Part shown: positions 21,701 through 33,526 of the stretch, one piece after another
How positions within the stretch are numbered: the first letter of the stretch is position 1
How the letters are laid out: each line of letters begins with the position of its first letter
NCBI GenBank assembly: GCA_032718475.1
Contig: JAUCBJ010007190.1
Location: 1 to 44,349, forward strand
Direction of reading: 5' to 3'
DNA: 44,349 nt
Source of the DNA: Nemertoderma westbladi
Taxonomy: Eukaryota; Animalia; Xenacoelomorpha
Made by a program: the position numbers and the translations under genes
Notes under the pieces: model-generated
What the model was told of the DNA's origin: nothing
The model's input: the letters and a program-made list of their open reading frames with translations, nothing else
Database searches by the model: none

Positions 21701-21995
21701 TAGTTTGACGAGGAAGTGCTACAGGTATGCACTTTATCGAGTTCCGCACAAGGAGGGCCACTCCACCCCCAACCCGGTCGTGTCTGTCATGCCGGAAGAC
21801 CCGGAAACGTTTGCTGCCAGACAACATCGCGTCAGAAATAGAATCATTGGCCCAGGTTTCCGTTATCGCGATCACATCATACGGGGTAGTGGATAGAAAC
21901 TCATCCAAGTCCGACAATTTGTTTTTCAGTGACCTGGCATTAAAGCAGCAACACTTGATAAACGCGTGCTGGTTTGATGAGCAACGATGATCACC
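18795..21995 (-). mobile_element. CR1-group LINE, 5'-truncated at about the start of ORF2
   Basis: APE-RT ORF, ~350-bp 3' UTR, (TAA)n tail at 18795-18819, no clear TSD; inserted just inside the right TIR of the hAT element. Confidence 0.9.
19170..21917 (-). CDS. LINE ORF2: APE endonuclease and reverse transcriptase, uninterrupted
   Basis: ITETW, GGGV, YRPP, GDFN, LDL (APE); NYRPISLT, QHGF, DFSKAFDSV, GTPQGSVIGP, YADD (RT). The frame stays open upstream through FNARSLKNK to the truncation point. Confidence 0.95.
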   Translation of the reverse strand: MSDLDEFLSTTPYDVIAITETWANDSISDAMLSGSKRFRVFRHDRHDRVGGGVALLVRNSIKCIPVALPRQTTDIEAVAIDLIDGSSRLICAYRPPPVPSVPDTTTGLCEALNILCDTNKPCVITGDFNLPLFDWTDVSHPDNDIYNNFFSFVLESGLSQVQYEPTRGDNVLDLIFTTDDHFVSSVSTAAPFSTSEHATVSFDIIGSPQCDSSDTSAPRGFYDFANGDYTGFKSFMRSIKWEEEEFASCRTVDDFFLAFSKVMKSGINTYIPYKEFCNDSNQKKYPHYVKILQKAKKRLWRRRHSEGGMAAYKCVAAQASRAAHRADCEREIRILSSGNTNAIFRYLKKKNSNRSDIGPLKYKGETVIDDETKATIFSSVFSENFTPDNNVPLNFNRKVPYNVNLSSVDFNPVNVLTFLHKLAPKHSSTPDGFPAILFSKLACTIAAPLSVIFRVSFESHALPSVWLTAYIIPVFKKGDSSDPYNYRPISLTCITCKIMEMVIKDALINYLLTNKLITRAQHGFLKRKSTCTQLLDCLSDWCKLIDKRKNVDVIYVDFSKAFDSVVHSKLLCKLSGYGVCGSLLDWFKAFLSNRSQQVLVGNMFSQVCAVISGTPQGSVIGPLLFMLFINDLPDLLLPVSAKLYADDVKIYSSSDQRNYIVTALRQLETWASECQLNLAAHKCFAVYIGATNPKHIYFLNSAVLKSESSCKDLGLLIAPDLKFNIYCKAQVAKAFRVINMLFRNIVSTNKSALLTAYKSMVRPLLEYCTPVWSPFTKRFINLVERVQRYFCRRLFLRCNLSPATYIDRLHFLNLQPLEVRRHVFDLKMVYRIKHGLVDLESAQYFSEPPRSGLRGHNQKLFVPRCRLQIYKHYFSNRVVPLWNSLPSETVGAKSISIFSHLLLDFDFMPFCNFDI

Positions 21996-22263
21996 ATACG
22001 GGCCTGTCAGAAGGTAGTCAGATAGTCAGATAGTGTGAATTATTGGACAGATCAGTTAGTAGGCCTACAGTCTCACAGTAGTCTGGTAGTAGTAGTACGG
22101 CATGCGGCTGTACTGCTGCACGGTCAGACGGTAGCGTAGGTACCGGTGCTGCGGTGTAACAGAGAATTTTCACTCCCCATGCAGCCATGTACCATGTAAA
22201 ATCACTCCCCAGTTAAAATTCCCTAGTCAGCTCTGCAGCTAGTGTACCGGTACCGGTATTGTA

Positions 22264-23180
22264 CGGTCCTACTAATTACCCAACTTTACCCAAATCTACC
22301 CAACTTTACCCAAACTTACCCAACTTTACCCCACTTTACCCAACTTTTTACCCAACTTTACCCAACTTTACCCCACTTTACCCAATACCACCCAACTTTA
22401 CCCAACTTTACCCAATCGAATACCCAACTACCTATCTGCCGACCAGTGATGCAATACAGTACAGCAGAAGGCTTACTTACTTACTACAGTACCGGACCAG
22501 TAGGCCTACTGTCTGACAGTAGCATTCCAGCAGTCTGTCAGACTGTACAGCTGTAATACAGTAGGTCATAGTAGGAATGGTTTGTATCAGTGTAGGCCTA
22601 TGCAGCTATGGCTTCATGTTTATAGCTGTATAGTCAGATAGTCATACTCCAGTCAGCCAGTACTTATAATCATAACATAACACATCCAGACATCAATAAA
22701 ATGATCAATATGGCTGTATGAGGGTGCATTTCGGGGTAGTGATGTTCTATAGAATAGACTTTAGTTTATTGTTTTGGTTAGAATAACGTGCCACTATAAC
22801 CTGTTCCTTTCCCTAAATTGAGAATTTAACATTCAGGTTGAGATATGCATCAAGTTTCCCTCTGCAGCCTTGCCTCCACTCCAATCAGCCATTGGCAGAT
22901 TGGATATGGTAGATAGCAGGATAGGCCTAACTACTGAACTAATTGATTAGGCCTGATGATGGATTGAAATGATTGGGTAAAGTTGGGTGGTATTGGGTAA
23001 AGTTGGGTAAAGTGGATTGGGTAATTGATTGGGTGAAGTTGGGTAAAGTTGGGTGGTATTGGGTAAAGTGTGGTAAAGTGGGGTAAAGTTGGGTAAAAAG
23101 TTGGGTAAAATTGGGTAAAGTTGGGTGAAGTTGGGTAAAGTTGGGTGGAGTTGGGTAAAGTTGGGTATTTAGTAGGACCC
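22264..23180. mobile_element. Small foldback (Mutator/FB-like) element with 10-bp-repeat arms
   Basis: Ends cggtcctactaattacccaa / ttgggtatttagtaggaccc; arms of (acccaacttt)n and its complement; 9-bp TSD ggtattgta (22255-22263, 23181-23189). Confidence 0.8.
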
Positions 23181-23468
23181 GGTATTGTATACACGGTTGA
23201 CGGTATTGTACCGGTACCGGTATTGCAGTATTGTATTTTGTATTACCTACTACACTACTGCACTAGTATATACCGGGTACCGTACGTTTTGCATGCGTTT
23301 CTCACTCGTTTGTACTCTTTTGTACTATTTTTGAACTCTTTTGTACTATTTTGCACTTTAATGTAGGCCTAGGTATTTTGTAGGCCTACTCTTTTGTAGG
23401 GCCTAGGCCTACTATATTAGTTATAGTTCATATCCGTACCGATGGTATTTTCGTATTGCAAAAATAAG

Positions 23469-24215
23469 ACTACTACTACTACTAGCTGACTAGGCAGCTA
23501 GGTCGAGCGAACTCGGACAGTGGAAATGAGATCCTTCCAGGCTTCCCGATTCTCCATAGTTGTCGCAATTTCGTTTCTCCCAAGTTCAGTATCCCTTTCA
23601 AGTTGATCTATACCGGTAGGCCTATATGTTATGGCAGGTCGTCCACGACTACGCTTTCCATGAGTTGGTTGCCAGAGAAGTACAGAAGTAGATCTGGTAT
23701 GACCTCGTCTTTACTTCGCCAGCAGTGCCCACTGAATCTTAATCTGCGTTCACGGAGGGTGGTTGATACAGGTGGTATTGTACCATAAAGCTCGGCGTTT
23801 GTCATGTGTTGTCTCCAGCTGATGTTTAGGGCTGCCCTTAGTAATCTTGTGTAGCAACCATCAATTCGTTGTTCAAGTGATTTAGTCAGTGTCCAGGTCT
23901 CACCCCCGTATAAAAATACACTTTCCACTGTGGCTCGAAAGAACTTAGTCTTCAGGCTGTCAGGTGCCTGGAGAGATCTGATTTCCAGATGGTATCCATT
24001 TTTGATAGAGCTACCCAAGCCTTTGCTTTCCTAACTTCTATGTCCTTTTTGCTACTCTCTATCCATGATCCAAGGTACTGGAAGTCGTCGACCTTCCTTA
24101 GTTGATTATTATCAATGGTTGTCAAGTTTCCATCAACATTAAAGGTCATGAATTCGGTCTTTGTAGCATTTATATGCAATCCAACCTCCTTAGCAGCCCT
24201 CTCCACTTTATTTAG
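23469..24215 (-). pseudogene. 3' relic of an RTE-like LINE
   Basis: VGLHINATKTEFM, DFQYLGSWI, ATVESVFLYGGETWTL, RRLRFSGHCWR with frameshifts; (AGT)n tail at ~23469-23485. Confidence 0.85.
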
Positions 24216-24829
24216 TAGAAGACAGTAGAAGTAAAATAAGACTATAAGTATGAAATACCCTTTGTTATTGAGATAATGTTTATTGTTTTGGTTAGAAAAG
24301 CCCACCACTGTGACCTGCTCCTTTCCGTTAATTAAGTAATGGAGATTAGTTTATTGTTTTGGTTAGAAAACACCACCACTGTAACACCATCGGTACGCAT
24401 ATGAACGATAACCACTATATTTCAGTAATTTACTATTTTGTATTTTTTGTACTTTTTTGTACAGATTCGTTGGACCGCTGCAGATCTGCAGATCGGAACC
24501 GGATAAGCGTTTTCCGGTGTGCGATCTGACGGCAGGACGCGAGGACGGTAGCAGAAAATTTCCACCCCCCTAAAAATTCACCTCCCGGCTTCCCGGTTAC
24601 AGGGTTAGGGTACACTTACAACTTACCAGAAAGGAACAAAAACAATAAACGATTTGATCGTCTATGCTTGTGCCTTGGCAGGCCCATCAGCCCATGGTTG
24701 CAGGGATAAATTAAGCATGGTGGTGGTGCTGGTGGATAGCCCATTACTGCCAGACTGCATTACGTTCTTAAGACACTACCAGACTACTGCACTAAGATGC
24801 CTGCCTGTAATACCACCCTGGACCTTGCC

Positions 24830-25140
24830 ACCCCGGATCTAAGATCGCGTCTAGGACAGTAGGATCTAAGTTCTGAAGTTCTCATCTAGCAGTCTAGAAT
24901 CTAAGTTCGCATCTATGATTTATGGCCGGGCCACACCCAGGATTTAGGATCTAAGGTTGCATCTGTAGATACCACCCAGGATCTAAGTTCGTGATCTAAG
25001 GTCGCACCTCTGGCAGCCTGGTTCCCACCCGAGATATAAGTTCCCTATAGAATTTCATATTATTGGTTTTCACAGCTCGTTTCTGGCTGCTAGTTTTCTG
25101 CTCATTTCAGCTCGTTTCAGATTGTTTCAGCTCGTTTGCC
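24830..25140. repeat. Degenerate tandem motifs (ggatctaag ~7x; cagctcgttt ~4x)
   Basis: Read directly; probably decayed subterminal repeats of DNA transposons. Confidence 0.55.
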
Positions 25141-25725
25141 CGTTACTTTGTCCCTGTCAATACTGCAGTACTGCAATACGATTGTCGTATGTTTATTAAA
25201 TTGAAATTTATCGGTATGACTAATTACCCAAACGCACCCAATCGGCACCCAAACGCACCCAAACGGCACCCAAACGCACCCAACCGGCACCCAAACGGCA
25301 CCCAATGGTACCCAAACGGCATTAAAATTGAACTGCCGGATGAAAATTACCACCCTATAGGGTACTCCCTGTCATCCTAAATCAGTGAGTCAGTAGTTAA
25401 ACGGTGAAATTAACCGGTACCTACAGACCTACCAACAGACCAAATACCTGATACCAGAATACTGAAATACAGTACAGCAGTACCCTGGTACCAGCAGACT
25501 GGTACCGGTATGTAGAATAGCTTACTGTCTGACTGTAAACTGTCAGCCAATGAAATGTTAAATGCAATTGCGGTTGTAAATGTTGCACCGACTACCGACA
25601 AGCCTATTACCGATTCTTATAATAAAGTAAAGGATCAGGTTACATGGGTGGGCTTTTCTAACCAAAACAATAAACGTTATAACGTTGAGGTATTGTTTTG
25701 AAAAAGGCAAAAATAAACAATAAAC

Positions 25726-26885
25726 GTTTGGCGTTTGGGTATGTTAGACTGCCGTTTGGGTGGCGCGTGGGTATGTTAGAATGCCGTTTGGGTGGCGTTT
25801 GGGTATGTTATAATGCCGTTTGGGTGGCGTTTGGGTATGTTAGAATGCCGTTTGGGTGGCGTTTGGGTATGTTAGAATGTCGTTTGAGTGGCGTTTGGCT
25901 ATGTTAGAATGCTGTTTGAGTGGCGTTTGTGTAAGGTAGAATGCCGTTTGAGTGGCGTTTGGGTATCTTAGAATGCCGTTTGAGTGGCGTTTGGGTAAGG
26001 TAGAATGCCGTTTGGGTGGCGTTTGGGTATGTTAGAATGCCGTTTGGGTGGCGTTTGGGTATGTTAGAATGCCGTTTGGGTGGCGTTTGGGTATATTAGA
26101 ATGCCGTTTGAGTGGCGTTTGGGTAAGGTAGAATGCCGTTTGGGTGGCGTTTTGGTAAGGTAGAATGCCGTTTGGGTGGCGATTGGGTATGTTAGAATGC
26201 CGTTTGGGTGGCGTTTGGGTAAGGTCGAATGCTGTTTGGATGGCGTTTGGGTATGTTATAATGCCGTTTGGGTGGCGTTTGGGTTTGTTAGAATGCCGTT
26301 TGGGTGGCGTTTGGGTATATTAGAATGCCGTTTATGTGGCGATTTGGTATGTTAGAATGACGTTTGGGTGGAGTTTGGGTATGTTGGAATGCCGTTTGGG
26401 TGGCGTTTGGGTATGTTGGAATACCGTTTGAGTGGCGTTTGGGTAAGGTCGAATGCTGTTTGAGTGGCGTTTGGGTAAGGTAGAATGCCGTTTGGGTGGC
26501 GTTTTGGTAAGGTAGAATGCCGTTTGGGTGGCGATTGGGTATGTTAGAATGCCGTTGGGGTGGCGATTGGGTATGTTAGAATGCCGTTTGAGTGGCGTTT
26601 GGGTAAGGTAGAATGCCGTTTAGGTGGCGATTGTGTATGTTAGAATGACGTTTGGGTGGTGTTTGGGTATGTTGGAATGCCGTTTAGGTGGCGTTTGGGT
26701 ATGTTGGAATACCGTTTGAGTGGCGTTTGGGTAAGGTCGAATGCTGTTTGAGTGGCTTTTGGGTAAGGTAGAATGCCGTTTCGGTGGCGTTTTGGTAAGG
26801 TAGAATGCCGTTTGAGTGGCGTTTGGGTATGTTATAATGCCGTTTGGGTATGTTAGAATGCCGTTTGGAAGGCGTTTGGGTAAGA
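25726..26885 (+). repeat. 32-bp satellite, left arm (~36 units)
   Basis: Consensus gtttgggtatgttagaatgccgtttgggtggc. Confidence 0.95.
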
Positions 26886-27964
26886 TAGACTGCATTCTTT
26901 ATATCTTTATTATGTTTCATTTATTGTATCTTTAATGTATTTATCTATAATTAATTTATTAATCTATAATTATCTATTATTTATCTATAATATTTATTTA
27001 ATGTTTTTCAGATTACTTTTCCAAAGTCAAACCTCCAGGAAGAGAAGAGTGATCAATTTCTGGCAAGCGTCATGGATGTTGTCAACATAGTAACCCGGAA
27101 CTGCGGAATCTGGTAAAAGTTCGGATAGCGTCTCCAAAAGTGTCCACGAATCACCGAATCAACGACTCCTACGAGCGGAAGTCGGCGTCCTGTTTACTTT
27201 TGGTTTAGCTTATAGAAAAAGTTCAAACGATGGGTAGAAGCAATCTCAGTCCCAGTAGACTGTTGGTTGGTTCGGAATTCCAGTTGTAGTTGTCGTCTCC
27301 TGCGTTTCGGGCGATCTTCGATGTGACTAAGTGATGAGATTAACATTAACATTTTTCCGTCAAAAATAAACATTTCAATTTTTGAATAAAATTACGTATA
27401 AATACTGCAATCAAGTACCAACTGTTTTCCTATAAAGTGGTACTTTATGCAGCGTGATATAAATAGTTATTCTTAATATTGCCTTTCTATCCCACTCTTC
27501 AGATTTAGTTTCAGGAAATTGCAATTTTTCTTCCGGTGGGAGAAAAATAAACTTATACATCACGGGGTAGGGGCTGGAAATAGGTACCACTTGTTTTCCA
27601 TGTAGTAATTACAGTAGTTATTAGTGTGCCCTGTTGAAATAGATAGTTTGTGTCATTGACTTTGAAATAATTTGTTGTATATATTTTCAAGCATCATTGC
27701 CGCTACTGCTTAAGAATATTTTCTGCTTTTCAAGTGTTCCACAAATATATCGTAAAAATATCACATATCGTAAACCGCTGCAGGTGTTTATGCGACCGAC
27801 GCTACAGTAGATTGAGATAAAACGTGGATATACAGTTCTATACTAACCAATCAGCGCAATAGTGTGATGGTAGGTGGCGTTGTTTTTCGTTACTAACTTG
27901 AACACTTTGCTGCCCATGCAGTGATTGAGATAGTGATTGATAATTACTGTATTATAATTATTAA

Positions 27965-30015
27965 AAGATCTTATTATTTAATAAGTATTAAACATTACAC
28001 AAGTCGCACCGAAATTATTCTTCGTCCTTCTTGTGATTTGTTGATACCAATTGAAAAGTGTCGCTGAAAGGACACCAGAATTATATCACGTATAAGAAAC
28101 AATATGCATTCTTTTTCAGTTTCTAGTTGCCATGGCAACGCGTAAACTTGACTAAAAACAAGCTACATATTAGCCGCAGCGTTTTAAAATCCACCTCTAC
28201 CCCCCTTATATCGAGTATAAGGAAAAATATGCAATATATGTTTTACTTTCTAGATGCTATGGCAACGTGTCAGAATTGTTAATATAGTGTCTTTAATATC
28301 TGTTAGCCGTTTACACTAAGTAAATTAATCACAATTATAACATTCTTAACTATGGAATTATATTGTGACAAGAATCTCTATTCCGACAGTATTCAGTGCA
28401 CATAACACCGTTACGCCTACAAGAACATCACTTCGTCAAGCAGTCTCTCTTATAGGCACATGTATTTACTAGTGAATCGGGAATTTGTGAAAGGTATTTA
28501 TTGGGCAACAACATTCCATTTGCACCAGTATTCCAACCAAAATCTAATATACACTGAGATTTATCACGGAGTCATTGCGTAATGACGCAATCTTATTTAT
28601 TATGTAGAGACATCGCAAAATGTAACCATTTATAGATTCTGTTGTTGGAGGGAGATCCAATTACTACTACTACAGTAGGATCGGCATTTTTAAGAATGCT
28701 GTCTATGAATTCTTGGTCATTGATCAAGAAAACTTGCCACCTCAATGCAGCATAAAGAAGGTGCCACCTGTGGCTGCATAGACCCTCTTACTAGGGCAAA
28801 CCTGGTCCTGTAACTAGGACCCCCTTCGTTTTGGGATAAGGACGCCCTTGGTCTTGGAAGGACCTACTGCTACTGTATATACTTGGCTGCAGGGGTATAT
28901 GGCCTGGCCAGGCAGATTGTGATCAACAAATGGCTGGTCAGGAGTAGAGTGTTCTCATGTCCACTCTGAGTGCACTTCACTGCGACATGCACCCCACCTG
29001 GTAATTGGTAACATACAGATGGTAACTCCACCTACTTGCTCCAGAAGTCGAGGAAATCCTGCCAAGTATCTAACTGATCTAGACTTTGCTGATGACTTAG
29101 GAGTACTCTCAGAATCATTAGAGGGAGCCCAACGGCTACTCAGCTCATCAGAACAGGCTGCTTCTAGTGTTTACTACAAAAAGACCAACAGTTAACTTTG
29201 AAAGTCCCCAACAAGTCTCTGACCGGATGAGCATAATCTCAAAGGATGGATCCGGAAGTCAGGTTAGGCTACTAGTGGCGTGCAAGTACGCGGGATGTAA
29301 ATCTACAATCTTCATTTCCCTCTCATGATTCTAATTACACCATTTATTGTAGTACTAGGGCCTACAGTAGTTGAAGGCCTACATTATTACTAAAATTGCT
29401 TTTATACACCCATTCAGACCACGAGGGTACTAAAAACAACACAATTGACCGGATAGTTTCGGAGCCTTTCGTGTGACAAACAAACAGACAGACAGGCACG
29501 ATTTTCTTACAGTAAGTAAATCTGAAGATTTACAAATAATATTCTAACATAATATATTTTATTGTTAAAATTTACAATATTTGCCGCTCATTTAATTGGC
29601 CCAGCGGTAAATAATATTTGCATTGTTTACCTAGGTAAATGGAGATTATTCAGTCAACTTTGTACTGTAATAAATACTATTCTGGGGCATTTAATTTATT
29701 TAATGAGTAGCTACGACTAGTAAAATGACATCAAGTAATTAATAATCTTCAGATAAATAATATGTTCCAGAACATTGTGTATTTATTAAATACAATAAAT
29801 GGCCTGCCACGGATGCAGGCTGCAACGGATGCAAATACCTGCATTTTTTGAACGCCGATATCTCAGCTATTTCTCATTGACATTAATAGTTAATTACAAA
29901 TTTGGAATCCTTTCAACGACACTTTTCAATTGGTATCAACAAATCACAAGAAGGACGAAGAATAATTTCGGTGCCACTGGTGTAATGTTTAATACTTATT
30001 AAACAATAAGATCTT
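27965..30015. mobile_element. TTAA-flanked TIR element (possibly Kolobok-type) in the foldback loop
   Basis: ~110-bp inverted ends (27965-28075 / 29905-30015) bounded by TTAA at 27961-27964 and 30016-30019; superfamily is tentative. Confidence 0.6.
29043..29171 (+). pseudogene. RTE-like RT fragment
   Basis: Manual translation RSRGNPAKYLTDLDFADDLGVLSESLEGAQRLL. Confidence 0.75.
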
Positions 30016-30380
30016 TTAAATCGAATCAAATCAAATGTTTTTTTAATTTCTCAATAGATACTGCACAATGGAACTATAACTATACAACGATAAACGCGCA
30101 ATTTATTACATGCAAATATATAGGTTGTCCCACAAAATTTGACACGGTTTGTTTTCAAATAAATCTGCTGCACCTTAATAAAATTCGGGATTATTGGTAT
30201 CATTAGAAAGCTAGAGTGCTAACTTAAAGAAAGAAACTTGTTGGAAACAGTTATGTTGCTATGGTAACCCCATGTGGCAGTGCATAATGAAACAACGGTT
30301 TGTTTTCGAAAGGTGCATTAATAATTAATTTGAATAATTATAATACAGTAATTAGGATGATTTTAACAATAAAATTACAC

Positions 30381-30518
30381 ATTGTACGATAAATAAAACA
30401 CGTTATTTACCTTTTCGCCCCTCGATCCGACTTATTTACCTTCCTCGCTTCGCTCGGCCGGTAAATAACAGATTTCGGGACGAACGGTAAATAAAGCATA
30501 TATTATTTACCGTACAAT
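30381..30518. mobile_element. Short palindromic element with central ctcgcttcgctcg
   Basis: attgtacg..ttatttacc..ttatttacc / ggtaaataa..ggtaaataa..cgtacaat inverted symmetry. Confidence 0.65.
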
Positions 30519-31179
30519 AAATAGTTAATATTTTAGCCTATTGCAGTAATAGACTAACCAAATAATTTGCCAAAAAAGTATTTCTACATTAGTACTGTAG
30601 AACACAAACTATGTAATACTTTAGTAAAAAATACGATACCAAAAATAGGCAATATTAAGAATAACTATTTATATCACGCTGCATAAAGTACCACTTTATA
30701 GGAAATCAGTTGGTACTTGAGTATTTATACGTATAATTTTATTCAAAAATTGTAATGTTTATTTTGAGTGATAAATGTTCATGTTAATCTCATCACTTCG
30801 GCACATCGAAGATCGCCCGAAAGACAGGAGGCGACAACTATAACTGGAATTCCGAACCAACCAACAGTCTACTGGGACTGAGATTGCTTCTACCCATCGT
30901 TTGAACTTTTTCTATAGGCTAAACCAAAAGTAAACAGGACGCCGACTTCCGCTCGTAGGAGTCGTTGATTCGTGGACATTTTTGGAGACGCTATCCGAAC
31001 TTTTACCAGATTCCGCAGTTCCGGGTTACTATGTGGACAACATCCATGACGCTTGCCAGAAATTGATCACTCTTCTCCTCCTGGAGGTTTGACTTTGGAA
31101 AAGTAATCTGAAAAACATTATAAATACATTAAAGATACAATAAATGAAACATAATAAAGATATAAAGAATGCAGTCTAT

Positions 31180-33526
31180 CTTACCCAAACGCCCCCCAAA
31201 CGGCATTCTAACATACCAAAACGCCACCCAAACGGCATTCTAACATACCCAAACGCCACCCAAACGGCATTCTAATATACCCAAACGCCACTCAAACTGT
31301 ATTCTAACATACCCAAACGCCACTCAAAGGGCATTCTACCTTACCCAAATGCCATTCAAACGGCAATCTAACATACCCAAACGCCACTCAAACGGCATTC
31401 TACCTTACCCAAACGCCACTCAAACGGCATTCTAACATATCCAAACGCCACCCAAACGACATTCTAACATACCCAAACGGAATTCTAACATACCCAAACG
31501 CCAGCCAAACGCCATTCTAACATACCCAATCGCCACCCCAAAGGGCATTCTACCTTACCCAAACGCCACCCAAACGGCATTCTACCTTACCCAAACGCCA
31601 CTCAAACGGCATTCTAACATACCAAAACGCCATCCAAACGACAGTCTACCTTACCCAAACGGCATTCTAACATACCCAAACGCCACCCAAACGCCATTCT
31701 AACATACCAAAACGCCACCCAAACGGCATTCTAACATACCCAAACGCCACCCAAACTGCATTCTAACATACCCAAACGCCACTCAAACTGCATTCTAACA
31801 TACCCAAACGCCACTCAAAGGGCATTCTACCTTACCAAAACGCCACCCAAACGCCATTCTAACATACCCAAACGCCACTCAAACGGCATTCTAACATACC
31901 AAAACGCCATCCAAACGACAGTCTACCTTACCCAAACGGCATTCTAACATACCCAAACGACATCCAAACGACAGTCTACCTTACCCAAAAGGCATTCTAA
32001 CATACCCAAACGCCACCCAAACGGCATTCTAACATACCAAAACGCCACCCAAACGGCATTCTAACATACCCAAACGCCACCCAAACGGCATTCTAATATA
32101 CCCAAACGCCACTCAAACTGCATTCTAACATACCCAAACGCCACTCAAACGGCATTCTACCTTACCCAAATGCCATTCAAACGGCAATCTAACATACCCA
32201 AACGCCACTCAAACGGCATTCTACCTTACCCAAACGCCACTCAAACGGCATTCTAACATATCCAAACGCCACCCAAACGACAATCTAACATACCCAAACG
32301 GAATTCTAACATACCCAAACGCCACCCAAACGCCATTCTAACATACCCAATCGCCACCCAAACGGCATTCTACCTTACCCAAACGCCACCCAAACGGCAT
32401 TCTACCTTACCCAAACGCCACTCAAACGGCATTCTAACATACCAAAACGCCATCCAAACGACAGTCTACCTTACCCAAACGGCATTCTAACATACCCAAA
32501 CGCCACCCAAACGCCATTCTAACATACCCAATCGCCACCCAAACGGCATTCTACCTTACCCAAACGCCACCCAAACGGCATTCTACCTTATCCAAACGCC
32601 ACCCAAACGGGATTCAAACAAACCCAAACGCCACACAAACGGCATTATAACATACCCAAACGCCATCCAAACAGCATTCGACCTTACCCAAACGCCACTC
32701 AAACCGTATTCCAACATACTAAAGCGCCACCCAAACGGCATTCCAACATACCCAAACTCCACCCAAACGGCATTCTAATATACCCAAACGCCACCCAAAC
32801 GGCATTCTAACATACCCAAACGCCACCCAAACGGCATTATACCACACCCAAACGCCACCCAAACGGCATTATAACATACCCAAACGCCATCCAAACGGCA
32901 TTCGGCCTTACCCAAACGCCACTCAAACGGCATTCTAACATACTCAAACGCCACCCAAACGGCATTATAACATACCCAAACGCCACTCAAACGGAATTCT
33001 ACCTTACCCAAACGCCACTCAAACGGCATTCTAATATACCCAAACGCCACCCAAACGGCATTCTAACATACCCAAACGCCACCCAAACGGCATTGTAACA
33101 TACCCAAACGCCACCCAAACGGCATTATAACATACCCAAACGCCACCCAGACGGCATTCGACCTTACCCAAACGCCACTCAAACGGCATTCTAACATACC
33201 CAAACGGCATTATAACATACCCAAACGCCACTCAAACGGCATTCTACCTTACCCAAACGCCACTCAAACGGCATTCTAAGATACCCAAACGCCACTCAAA
33301 CGACATTCTAACATACCCAAACGCCACCCAAACGGCATTCTAACATACCCAAACGCCACCCAAACGGCATTCTAACATACCAAAACGCCACCCAAACGGC
33401 ATTCTAACATACCCAAACGCCACCCAAACGGCATTATAACATACCCAAACGCCACCCAAACGGCATTCTAACATACCCACGCGCCACCCAAACGGCAGTC
33501 TAACATACCGGTACCCAAACGCCAAA
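31180..33526 (-). repeat. 32-bp satellite, right arm (~73 units)
   Basis: Reverse complement of the left-arm unit; internal higher-order duplication (~31191 versus ~32012). Confidence 0.95.

Larger units (their letters stand above)
16989..22006. mobile_element. Non-autonomous hAT-type element enlarged by nested insertions
   Basis: TIR caggcccgtat / atacgggcctg; 8-bp TSD tcagtagg / tcagaagg (1 mismatch); GC-rich subterminal gccccc motifs at both ends. Confidence 0.8.

Noticed and set aside
22275-23166. Telomeric repeat or coding ORFs (YPTLP/FTQL)
   Set aside because: 10-bp units arranged as inverted arms within a TSD-flanked element; the ORFs are repeat translations.
25726-33526. 32-bp and 40-bp arrays as CRISPR
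   Set aside because: Head-to-tail repeats without unique spacers, no cas genes, eukaryotic context.
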